Shown here in pieces: positions 26,140 to 37,957 of a stretch of 64,000 bases of DNA. Positions within the stretch are counted from its first letter, which is position 1; each line of letters starts with the position of its first letter. Under the pieces are notes generated by a model. It was not told where the DNA came from, did no database searches, and was given only the letters and a program-made list of their open reading frames with translations. Both the position numbers and the translations under genes were made by a program. The stretch is from Antedon mediterranea. Its lineage: Eukaryota > Animalia > Echinodermata. The DNA is taken from positions 25,406,795-25,470,794 of the forward strand of contig NC_092670.1 of the NCBI RefSeq assembly GCF_964355755.1, read 5' to 3'.

Positions 26140-27470
26140 TAGTGTTATTCCACTTTAAAAACGTCGATTTATATCAATACTCATCAACATACGATATAAC
26201 GATAGAATTTATTGCAACTTGTCCATGTCGTATTCATCTACAAATAAAGTGTCTATTACCGTACTTTTAAAAATCTATTTATATCAATGCCTATCAACGT
26301 ATGTACGTGTGCATATTATACATACAAAAATATATACATCAACATAAATGTCATATCATCTACAGTCATTAGTGTTATTTTACTTTTAATATTAGTAAAT
26401 GCAAAGGCAAAATACTGAAATAATAACAATGCTGTGGTCTCAATGGAGATACAAAAAAAGAAGCGAAAAGCTAAATCAAAACGATAAAGTAAAACAGCTA
26501 GACAAGTTAGCAGAGTTTTCGGGCAACACTAGCCCTTCATCAGTGCAAGTGAGGGTACTTGTACAAGATAGTGTTATTTAACGTTTAGTCGATTTATATC
26601 AATACACTCATCAACGTACGTGCAATTCACGTCTACAATCAATAGTGTTAATTCCACTTTTAAAAGTCGATTTATATCAATATACTCATCAACATATGTA
26701 CGTGTCCACGTCATATTCATCTATAAATATTAGTGTTATTTCACTTTTAAAAGTCGATTTATCAATATACTCATCAATAAATGTACTTGTCCACGTCATA
26801 TTCATTTACAAATCAGTGTTATTTCACTTTTCGAAGTCAATTATATCAATAGGCCTATAGGCCTACTCATCAACATTATGTACGTGCAATTCACGTCATA
26901 TTCATATATGATCAATAGTGTACAACTAATAGTGTTATTTCACTTTTAAAAGTCGATTTATATCAATATACTCATCAATAAATGTACTTGTCCACGTCAT
27001 ATTCATCTACAAACAATAGTGTTATTTCACTTTTAAAAGTCGATTTATATCAATATACTCATCAACATTATGTACCGTACGTTCCACGTCATATTCATCT
27101 ACAAATATTAGTGTTATTTCACTTTTAAAAGTCGATTTATATCAATATACTCATCAGCATATGTAAATCGTGTCCAAGTCATATTCATCTACAAATATTA
27201 GTTTGACTTTTAAAAGTCGATTTATATCAATATACTAATCAATATATGTACGTGTCCACGTCATATTCATCTACAAATATTAGTGTTATTTCACTTTTCA
27301 AAGTCGATTTATATAAATATACTACTCATCAACATAATGTACGTGCAATTCACGTCATATTTTTCTACAATCATTTGTGTTAATTCCACTTAGAAAAGTC
27401 AATTTATATCAATTACTTATGAACATATGTACGTGTCCGCGTCATTAATCTACAAATATTATAGTGTTAT
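26140..27470. repeat. ~87-bp tandem repeat in the central spacer of the foldback structure
   Basis: gtgttatttcacttttaaaagtcgatttatatcaatatactcatcaacatatgtacgtgtccacgtcatattcatctacaaatatta; gtcga at 26666 and 26753. Confidence 0.93.
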
Positions 27471-27484
27471 TATGTTTTTCATAT

Positions 27485-29775
27485 TATCACTGTGCTCAAG
27501 TATATGCAAATAACTATAGTTCAGAACAGTGTTAAACAGAATCGTGTACATGAATGTCTATTTGTTGTATATTGTGCTCAAGTATACCAAAATGACTATA
27601 CTTGAGAACTGGATCGTACATTAATGTTATTTGTTGTATATTGTTAAGTTTATCCTATATTCTTTATCACTGTTCTCAAGTATACCAAAATGACTATAGT
27701 TGAGAACAGTGTTAAACTGGATCGTACATTAATGTTTTTTGTTGTATATTGTTAAGTTTATCCTATTCTTTATCACTGTGCTCAAGTATACCAAAATGAC
27801 TATGGTTGAGAACAGTGTTAAACTGGATCGTACATTAATGTTTTTTTGTTGTATATTGTTAATTTTATCCTATTCTTTATCACTGTGCTCAAGTATACCA
27901 AAATGACTATAGTTGAGAACAGTGTTAAACGGGATCAAACATTAATGTTATTTGTTGTATATTATTAAGTTGATCTTATTCTTTATTTGTGATTAATTAT
28001 ACTCAAATGACTATAGTTTAAAACAGTATTAAACGGCATCGTACATTAATGTTATTTGCTGTTTATTTGAAGTTTATCCTATTCTTTATCACTGTGCTCA
28101 AATATCAAATATACCAAAATGACTATAGTTTAGAACAGGGTTGAACTGGATCGTACATTAATGTTATTTGTTGTATATTGTTAAGTTTATCCTATTCTTT
28201 ATCACTGTTCTCAAGTATACCAAAATGACTATAGTTGAGAACAGTGTTAAACGGGATCGTACATTAATGTTATTTGTTGTATATTGTTAAGTTTATCCTA
28301 TTCTTTATCACTGTGCTCAAAAGTATACCAAAATGACTATAGTTGAGAACAGTGTTAAACGGGATCATACATTAATGTTATTTGTTGTATATTGTTAAGT
28401 TTATCCTATTCTTTATCACTGTTCTCAAGTATACCAAAATGACTATAGTTGAGAACAGTGTTAAACTGGATCGTACATTAATGTTTTTTGTTGTATATTG
28501 TTAAGTTTATCCTATTCTTTATCACTGTGCTCAAGTATACCAAAATGACTATAGTTGAGAACAGTGTTAAACTGGATCGTACATTAATGTTTTTTTGTTG
28601 TATATTGTTAATTTTATCCTATTCTTTATCACTGTGCTCAAGTATACCAAAATGTGAGAACAGTGGTAAACTGGATCGTACATTAATGTTATTTGTTGTA
28701 TATTATTAAGTTTATCCTATTCTTTATCACTGTGCTCAAGTATACCAAAATGACTATAGTTGAGAACAGTGTTAAACGGGATCGTACATTAATGTTTTTG
28801 GTTGTATATTGTTAAGTTTATCCTATTCTGTATAACTGTTCTCAAGTATACCAAAATGACTATAGTTGAGAACAGTGTTAAACTGGATCGTACATTAATG
28901 TTTTTTGTTGTATATTGTTAAGTTTATCCTATTCTTTATCACTGTGCTCAAGTATACCAAAATTACTATAGTTGAGAACAGTGTTAAACTGGATCGTACA
29001 TTAATGCTATTTGTTGTATATTGTTAAGTTTATCCTATTCTTTATCACTGTGCTCAAGTATACCAAAATGACTATAGTTGAGAACAGTGGTAAACTGGAT
29101 CGTACATTAATGTTATTTGTTGTATATTATTAAGTTTATCCTATTCTTTATCACTGTGCTCAAGTATACCAAAATGACTATAGTTGAGAACAGTGTTAAA
29201 CGGGATCATACATTAATGTTATTTGTTGTATATTATTAAGTTTATCATATTCTTTATAACTGTGCTCAAGTATACCAAAATGACTATAGTTGAGAACAGT
29301 GTTAAACGGGATCGTACATTAATGTTATTTGTTGTATATTGTTAAGTTTATCCTATTCTTTATCACTGTGCTCAAGTATACCAAAATGACTATAGTTGAG
29401 AACAGTGTTAAACGGGATCATACATTAATGTTATTTGTTGTATATTATTAAGTTTATCCTATTCTTTATCACTGTGCTCAAGTATACCAAAATGACTATA
29501 GTTGAGAACAGTGCTAAACGGGATCGTACATTAATGTTATTTGTTGTATATTGTTAAGTTTATCCTATTCTTTATCACTGTGCTCAAGTATACCAAAATG
29601 ACTATAGTTGAGAACAGTGTTAAACAGGATCGTACATTAATGTTATTTGTTGTATATTGTTAAGTTTATCCTATTCTTTATCAATGTGCTCAAGTATACC
29701 AAAATGACTATAGTTGAGAACAGTGTTTAAACTACATCGTACATTAATGTTATTTGTTGTATATTGTTAAGTGTA
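27485..29775 (-). repeat. 106-bp tandem satellite, right arm (inverted, ~21 units)
   Basis: Reverse complement of the left-arm unit, including the same variant unit at ~27960-28070. Confidence 0.97.
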
Positions 29776-30131
29776 TTCTTTATTCTTATTAATTGTACTA
29801 AATTATTAAAAGAAACAGTAGTAAGCATAACATTTCCCCACTCCTACATTAGCATGGCAGGACATTGTAATGGTCGCAGGTGGCTCAACTTTATTACTGC
29901 AATGGGATGGACATGGTCCTACTACCACCTTACCATCCAATAGGATTCCAGTAAATTTCCTTTACTACCAATCATAATTCAGTAATTAAATGACCCCTTA
30001 AGTTAACAAGGAAATCAGCCTATCCCATTATACCGGTAGGCTTCGTCGTACAGACGTACTGCGGTAATAGTTGAGAATTCTCAACTAGCCAATTTGGTAT
30101 ATTTTATCATACCTGCGTCACGTCGTGTAAC

Positions 30132-30955
30132 CAAAGAATATATATCACAAGAATGAGTAATACGCGATTTTCCCTGTAACAGTAATATTGTCCATGTGGT
30201 AGGGCGCCGCCATAAGTGAGGATGTATCTGGGATGTATACAACTTTTTGTGACGGTTTCACTAATCAAAGGCTGGACCACCGGTAGTATTTTCATGATAA
30301 AAAATGTTATCAACTACATGCCAACATCATGTTAAATGGTATTTGGATATTTAATTGTTCGTTTTATGCAATTTATTTAGTAAAAACTGCCGTATAAACA
30401 GTTCGCTTTATCAACCGGGCGCTACGATAGCGTGACCGGGCGTGTTGGTGTTTACGCGTTTTCACGAATAGTTTAATAATATTCCTATATTTAACTTGTT
30501 TCTGGTAAAACAAATAAATGTTAATGACATTTAACATTTTATCCTATTAATAACATGTATTTTATACTAATTTATATCATAAAAACAATACCGGGCGTAG
30601 AGTAGTACGCGGCAATGGTAAAGAATAGGCCGTGCTGAGTAACGATTCGTTGATTTTGGTGTTGCTGTGTTAGGCCTTTTTTGTGAACTAATTTAGCATG
30701 TTAGTAAATAATTGTCTGTAAAAGTGAATGTACACTAGTTTGTTAATAAATATGTATTATAAAATAGTTTACAATTGCGAAATATATTATCATAATTCTA
30801 TTTAATGTGACATGTATAATATCTATTAAATCAAGTCTTATTTAGTATGTATACATCCGGCCTTATGAGGGCGGGCATCACTCTCTGGAGCTCTCTGTTA
30901 CAAATTTCTCATGCGAAAATCGCGGAATACTCATTCTTGTGATATATATTCTTTG
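30132..30955. mobile_element. P-element-like non-autonomous transposon
   Basis: ~40-bp TIRs CAAAGAATATATATCACAAGAATGAGTA..CGCGATTTTC. Left flank GTGTAAC; right flank gtgGTGTAAC (imperfect TSD). Confidence 0.7.
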
Positions 30956-31559
30956 GTGGTGTAACACACACAGCAGAGTTATTGATTTGCGCATGCGTTT
31001 GTTTTTTAATAGCTCTCTTTTTCTGTTTCAGTTGTGAAACGAAAACGAAAATTATAATCTGCGACCCATAAAAATACCACCACAATATTCAATGCTATTT
31101 TGTGGTAGTTAATCAATGGTAATTCCAAGTCTTTAAAAAGAAGCTGTATTTATCGTAAGTAACAAATGTATTATATACTAGCCAATACAAATTATAGCCC
31201 GAACACAAACAGTGATAGGCCTAGGCCTATGTTGTTTTTGTAGTAGACATATACGCCTACTAGCCTAGGCCAGTGGCCTCTATGTACTAGGCTAGGCCTA
31301 GGGCCTAGCCCTAGTAGGCCAAGAGTACTACGGGTGTCCCACTACTAGCTAGCCTACTATTACTTAGCCTAGCTACGTAGGCTAGCTGGGTGCCTTCTAG
31401 CAAGGGGCCTCGCCTAGTTAAGTTACTACTAGGCCTAGTTACTAGCTACTTACTAGTACTACCACCAGAATTCAAGCTTAAAATTGGTATTTGATACTAA
31501 TCAAAGAAGGCTACATAATATATACATATTTTTAACGTCTTTTCTTTTTTGTTTTACAG

Positions 31560-34293
31560 ATGAGGCTGCGAATGCCAAAGGTCAAATTCAAGCCAGCCTT
31601 ATTTTTTCTTTTAGTGTCTTCATCTGTTTTATTCTATATCGCAGTAGATGTACCCATTGCATATCCTATGCCACAACGATGTGAACCGTACGTACCTTGT
31701 TCTTAGTTGTGCCATAAAGATATTATAGTATAGTAGTATAATATCTATATCTACTATAATATCTCTATAGTTGTGCAAATGATTCTTTCATTAACGGCAG
31801 GAAGTCTTTTGCCCATTTCAGAATTTATAATTAATTCGACATTAAATACTCGGCCAAACAAAGCTTTCATCTTTTCTTACGATTACATTTGAGATTAACC
31901 TAGATCATTATTTTATACTTTATCTCAGTTTCCCTTTAGATAAAGCAGTTAAATTAGCCGAGAGTGGCAAAAAAGGGACCTGGGACGCAGCAAGAAAAAT
32001 AAAGTAAGTATCTAGATTCCTGGTATCTGAATGGACATACAATAAAAACAAAATATCCAGTGTTCGTATGGTGAATGCATATCAAACAAAGGTAGTCCAA
32101 TGGCCATATTAACCATTCCATTAAATTTAGAACTTCTAGAGAATAGAAAAGAAATGAAAAGGAAATAGGAAATGGAAAGGAAATTAATATAATTTACAGT
32201 TATTTCGAAATCTATTAAAAAAGAATGTAATGATCTAAATGAAATATATTTAGCATTTAAGAACATATCTGACTATATGATTGGTAAATATGGACACTGG
32301 GTTTAAGTCTAAAGCCTTGACTACACTGTCAAACTAGTTTGACAACAAAAGTATGATATACCCAAAATGGTAGTGGTATCACATCATGTCCATATATGGG
32401 CACATCACGTTTGTTGTCGCATAAAGTTTGATAGTGTAGACAGAGCTTTATTTGAAGGCAACATTTACTCTTGCATCCTACCTTCATCTTTACCAACATC
32501 ATTATTTATTAGCTACACTAATAAAAACTTAGTGTAGGCGTGCTGTAGAATTATGTTTGTCTTGTGAACAGGATTGCCACCTTTGAGAAGGACAGTGAAT
32601 AAAGTTACTTATGGTTATCTTTAGTAATTTGCCTAAAAAGTATAAGGAGAAGAATAATACAGTCACATTGGTTAACAATGTGACTATAATGTTCAACTTC
32701 AACTCTACCAGTATTTCTCTAGTCCTAAAGTCCCAATTTATTTCATATCATATAAAATGCAGTTTGGAAACCAGATATTCTGGAAAATTGGTTTTTGGGA
32801 AAGTTGGCAACTGTAGAATTAATTACACTGTTGTAGTAAAGCTAATAACCACTCTTCTCACTCTCAGTCAGAGACTTTCATGAAAATATATCATTGTGTA
32901 AAAGCGTTATTATTCAAATCTCCTTGAGCATGTGGCATATTGTGCAAATGTTATACTTTTATAGCAACAATCTTAATGTCAGTATTATCTATTAATTGTA
33001 GAAAACTTGCCAAGACTTGTCTGCCGCCAGATCATACCTTGATGATCTATTCCGCAAACAACACGCCTGAAAATCTTGATTTCAAACAGGGCTTTAATGT
33101 CATAGAATATCTCAACTTTTTGTTTGATGGAAAATCAGGAATGCCGGCTGAGATGGAAGCTAACTTTGAATCTGTGAAGCCGCAAAAAAGATGTGCAGTC
33201 ATAGGAAATGGCGGTATATTATTAGGTAGCGGATGCGGTAAAGAAATAGACACAAAATACGATTTTGTGATGCGGTCTAATATAGCACCTATAAAAAATT
33301 TTACCTCAGACGTTGGCATCAAAACTAATTTTACTATTATCAATTTAGAAACCGTAAGAAAAATTTATAATTTACTTGCACGTGAGAAATCTGATCCTGA
33401 AACAACAGCAATAATAGAAAAAATTCGCTTTTTAAATGATTCAATTATTTGGTATCCAAAAGGAGTTCGCTTCAGATTCTATGCACGAATGCGTCTGCAA
33501 ACAGTTGCTAGGAAGCTGAAAGATGAATATAAGCTTGCCATCCGTGTTGGATACAGTTGGAGAACTTTAGCAGCAATTATTAAATGGTAGGTTGTTGTAC
33601 ATTTCAACACTTTATCTTACAAATGATTAATGAAATTATGTCTTCACGTTGATTATCTGTAAGAAAAGAAAATTAGACAAGTATCATGATCGTGCAAGAT
33701 AGAAACAAAGAATAGAAATAAATTGCATTCAACTTTACCCTTTTGCATATACAGTATAAATGGTTATGAATGTGTAAAGCAAAACAAGGAATAGTCCCAT
33801 TGTGCTGTGAAAAAAAAGATAAGAAAAATGGCAAAAGTGGATGTTCATGCCTGCACCCAAGCCTATACACTCTGAGGGTTCAAATGAATGAAGTATGGCT
33901 AGCATCAGTTGAGTTCTGGCCTTCTCAGGACTCTGGTACCTCCTATCAAAGCAGAGCAGATTTCAACCATTTTAATATCACTTTTTTCTAAAATAAACTC
34001 TACCATTTTGTTTTTTCTCTTGCAGGTTTTGGTCATTAACAGAGTACTACACGACAACAGGGCTTAATCTTTATACAATAGCGACGACATTTTGTGATGA
34101 AATAACACTGTATGGCTTCTACCCATTCCACTCAGATAGCCAGGGACGTGATATACAGTACCATTACTATGAGGATATTCCATATAAGTATGAAAATAAT
34201 GTGCATGATTTTCCTGCAGAATTTGATCATTTGCAGAAGTTGGAGAAGATTGGTGCGTTGAAGCTGGTTACTGGAAAGTGTAATAATAAATAA
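31560..34293 (+). CDS. Alpha-2,8-sialyltransferase-like paralog 2 (exons 31560-31687, 33002-33586, 34026-34293; 326 aa)
   Basis: MRLRMPKVKFKPALFFLL...CEP|KLAKTCLPP...CAVIGNGGILLGSGCGKEIDTKYDFVMRSN...KW|FWSLTEYYTTTGLNLYTIATTFCDEITLYGFYPF...YHYYE...HDFPAEF...GKCNNK*. Intron positions and phases identical to paralog 1. Confidence 0.93.
31713..31769. mobile_element. 57-bp P-like mini element with target duplication
   Basis: CATAAAGATATTATAG...CTATAATATCTCTATA flanked on both sides by (A)GTTGTGC. Confidence 0.7.
32311..32450. mobile_element. ~135-bp PIF/Harbinger-like MITE in intron
   Basis: aagccttgactacactgtcaaact ... agtttgatagtgtagacagagctt; same family as 5164. Confidence 0.75.
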
Positions 34294-36483
34294 TGTGCTA
34301 TTTAAATGCTATGTCTACTACTGGTAGAATCACAAGAAACCTTTTTATGCCATTACACAGTTTCGATGGCTTTTATATGTTTGTCTACCACAGTCCTTAT
34401 CAGTTTCCATTCAGAATCACACTGAAGTGAGATACTTCCTTTAATACTTATTTCACTTAAGTCAATAACTATTAATTAGTACTCAATTAGTTGGATGTTT
34501 CCCTAATTGTAATTGTTGAATAAGGCCACATATTTTTAAATACTACTTTTTGATACTCTGTTACATTTGATTTATTTTCACACATACTAAAATGCTATTT
34601 AGACATCTGGTAATTAAAATTAGAAATCAGGAATGATTGGGTAGTTGTAGTCCAGATCTGAATACCCCTTCATTGATAGAAGATTAATATCGATCCCCGA
34701 ATTCAATAAAGTCCCAATTAGTTTTATTAATTTAAGTCCGCAGTTACTGTAAATGAAAATAGAAAACAAAAACAGACTGGCTGGTTTTTAATTTATTGAT
34801 CTTGCAGTAACTATTAATTATATGTCACAGTAACTGCTGCACCAAGAATTTATACTGCAGTAAATCATGGTTCTTGATTGTGTGGATATTTTCCTAGGGA
34901 TGTTTTTTTTTTAGAAAGTTTCCCAGTGTTCTAATTTTGCGTAGTTACTGTAAATGAAAATATGGAAACAAAATAATTTAATGATCTTGCAGTAACTACC
35001 TTATATGTCACATTAACTGCAGTAAATTACACCAAGTAGTTACTGCAGTAAATTTCATAATAATATGATGATAGGAAGTTGATAATGAACGTAATTGTTG
35101 GAGCTTTTGCCTAAAGGGTGTTTTTTTCTTCAGGAAGTTTTATGCCGTTGCAACCGTCTTCTAGGGTTTTATTTTCAGATGGGATAAGTACCAGGAATTA
35201 TGTTGTGCTAATAATGTTATGAATTTAATAAAAGCAAAGATAACACCATCTTTATACAATCATCATTGTGTCTAATACAAAGGGAAATACAGTATGTTCA
35301 ATTACTGTATGTTACAATTTCCATCAGATGTACTTTTTCATTTTTAGTTAAAGATATTTAGTATATTTTTATACTTACTAGTTTATTTAAATATGGTATA
35401 TAATTTATATTTAGGTAAGTTATATTTTTATTTTAGAAACCACACTAAAAATGTTTACCCTGTATGTACTCGGTGAGTTTAAAATATATAAACAATACTA
35501 CAGGTACAATATTCCCAATGTATTGGTTTATATATCATGCTTATTATTTTGGTCTTTAAATATTTATTCTGAATAGTTTTATACATTTAATAATATTATA
35601 TCGATCTTGTTATTTTAAATAGTTCATTTTCCTCTAATATTTGTGTTTCATTCTCGGTGGTAGTTATTTTTAGTACACGTAAAATAGTGTATTTTTTTAA
35701 CTTTGAATTGAACTTTTTTCATTAAATTATCATTACTTAAAATGAAATAAGGCTTATGACATTTATTCATTCATTAATTTACTACAAAGTGTGAGTTGTT
35801 GTTCTCGAGACACTCAAGATTAAAAAGGCCATCTATACTACAGTAGCAAGATAACTATTGACGATAAGTAGATAAATTCGCCATTTTTCCTACATACAAA
35901 TAAAAAGAAAAGCAAATGAAAACGTTTTCTTCCCATATCTATAAGATAACCACTTATGCTTTTTTTTTACGAAAAAAAAAGTATAATCAGATATGAACGA
36001 TACCAACGTTCGTGAATCCTGTGTTAATACAGCTTTAATGTGCTTTATTTTTGCGTAAATTTTTCTAATCCGAAAAAAAACTTTTTCGAACCATTCAATT
36101 CTAGACCTTGTGCTTCTAAAAGTAGATGTCATCTAACTGTTTTATTTTATCTCCTAATATTTTTGTTTAATTGACTAGTTAGTTCATCAACTTCATTAAG
36201 TAATTTTTTTTTTCTTTCTTCTTCTTTTTTCTTAGTACAGTATTTACGAGTGAATTATTTTATTTTAACTTTCATGAATTCCCCTTGGACTTAAATTGTT
36301 TTCATTATTTTGAATGGTTTCTATTATATGTATTATCATTTAAGATGCTATTATTTATTTTCCAAATTCCTGGTCCTTTCACTTCGTTGATATTTACGCG
36401 TTTAAGTGAGATTGCTTGATGGTCTGAAAATATGGAGGACGTTGAAAGAATATCACCATCATTTAGCACTAGAGATGCACCAA

Positions 36484-36851
36484 TAGTCTAATCTACGCCT
36501 CCAGGTCGCGATTTTTTTTTTCGTACATAAGTTGGGGACCCCATGTGAAAGATAGCTGAACTACTTCCTAAATATAACTAAACCTAACCCTCCAAATAAT
36601 CTCTCTCTCACTATAAAGTAAAAGAAGTAGCTCATGGGAGTCGAACCCCATACATCGACATGTAAAGTCCATAGTCTTATCCACTCGACTACACAAACGG
36701 CTCGACAGAAATCGTTTGCATTAGCGAATTGTAGCTGAATTCTCACACCTTATGGATATGATTAATGAATATTCATGAATATTTTGTGACGTTTCACGAG
36801 GGGTCCCCAACTTATGTACGAAAAGAAATATCGCCTCCAGGTCCAGGTCTA
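36484..36851. mobile_element. MITE-like element with subterminal inverted repeats and a tRNA-derived core
   Basis: gcgattttttttttcgtacataagttggggacccc ... ggggtccccaacttatgtacgaaaagaaatatcgc. Minus-strand A box TAGTCGAGTGG and B box GGTTCGACTCC at ~36628-36697. A fragment of the same family lies at 16558. Exact ends uncertain. Confidence 0.7.
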
Positions 36852-36899
36852 TTTTCGCCTCCAGGTAAACTGCCCCCATATATCAGTTAAGTTGTGTTT

Positions 36900-37250
36900 T
36901 ATCATACATTTTTTTTATCTAATGAGTTTTCATATTTTTGGATAGGTTTTATATTTCTTTGGTCTATTTTATGCTCTAAAATACAATTCATATCTCCTCC
37001 CATTATAATGTATTCATCATTATCATTGCGGAGAGAGAAATTGTCCTATTCAGTTTCTTAAAGAACATTTCTCTTTCTTTATAGTAATTAGGAGCGTACA
37101 CGTTTATAAGATTTATTACATTTTCATTATAACTGAAGCTTAAAATTATTATTCTAGCTTCTTCGTCATCTAAAATAGATTTAAACAAGATAGTTGTGAT
37201 CAAAATTTTGTTCTTCAAGCCATTTAAAGACTTTCCTTCTTTTATCATAA
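36900..37250 (-). mobile_element. LINE APE-endonuclease fragment (L1/Tx1-like)
   Basis: DEEARIIIL...INLINVYAPN...EREMFFKKL. Confidence 0.7.
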
Positions 37251-37957
37251 TTTCGAAGGCTTCTTACATTTAACGATACTAAATGCGGAGAAGTATTTTT
37301 GTTTTGTTTTGTTGCTTTCAATTTAATTTAAATAATTTAATTTTGTAGGCCTATATATAACTGTGTTATTGTTTAGTTGTTGTTCAACTCGATGATAAAA
37401 CAGACAACAGACTAAGAATGTAGAATTAAACTGTACAATTTTTATTGCAAGTGAAACGATGCAGTAGAGTCGCCGATAAAAACACTTGATCCTCAATAAA
37501 GAAATACACAGCACATCGTGCAAGTAATTGATGTCAGTAGGTATAGGATGTTTAAGTGTTTGTGGTCGAGTAATTGCCGGGCGGATATCGGAGGCGATCA
37601 ACATACAGTGTAGGGTCCAAATCCGATGCGTTTGTTGGCGAGAAAAATTCTGCTGGAATATAATCTTTCGGCAACAAAATGACCCAAACCCTCCGTTACA
37701 ACAGTGCGAATACCCAGCAGGTAGATTGTCAGACCAATGGTTCGAGTCTTGCTTTGCTTTTAATGAAGCTTTGAGTTGTCGATGGAAATGTTCAATAAGA
37801 ACAATCGGGTGATAGGCTGTAGTTTAGTGAAAGTGCTAAAATGTTCAAATTGCGCAACGTGACGGTCAGGTGTAACAATTGCAGGAGTGCCAAATGTAGT
37901 TTCGGCAGTGATATCGCATAATAGAATTGCTTCGGGCCAGCGAGTGAAACGGTCAAC

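Larger units (their letters stand above)
21537..30101. mobile_element. ~8.6-kb foldback-like element with ~36-bp TIRs and inverted satellite arms
   Basis: TATACCAtccTGGCTAGTTGAGAATTCTCAACTATT at 21537 and its near reverse complement ending at 30101. Encloses oppositely oriented 106-bp arrays; no transposase seen. Confidence 0.75.

Noticed and set aside
21797-28709. Recurrent ORFs MLYIVKFILFFITVLKYTKM...
   Set aside because: Chance translations of the 106-bp monomer; the length is not a multiple of 3 and most starts are not ATG.
21880-29775. Regular repeats as a possible CRISPR array
   Set aside because: The units are contiguous near-identical monomers with no unique spacers, there are no cas genes, and the context is eukaryotic.
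36628-36697. Functional tRNA-Val gene
   Set aside because: Acceptor and anticodon stems pair poorly and the sequence is embedded in a repeat; treated as tRNA-derived.
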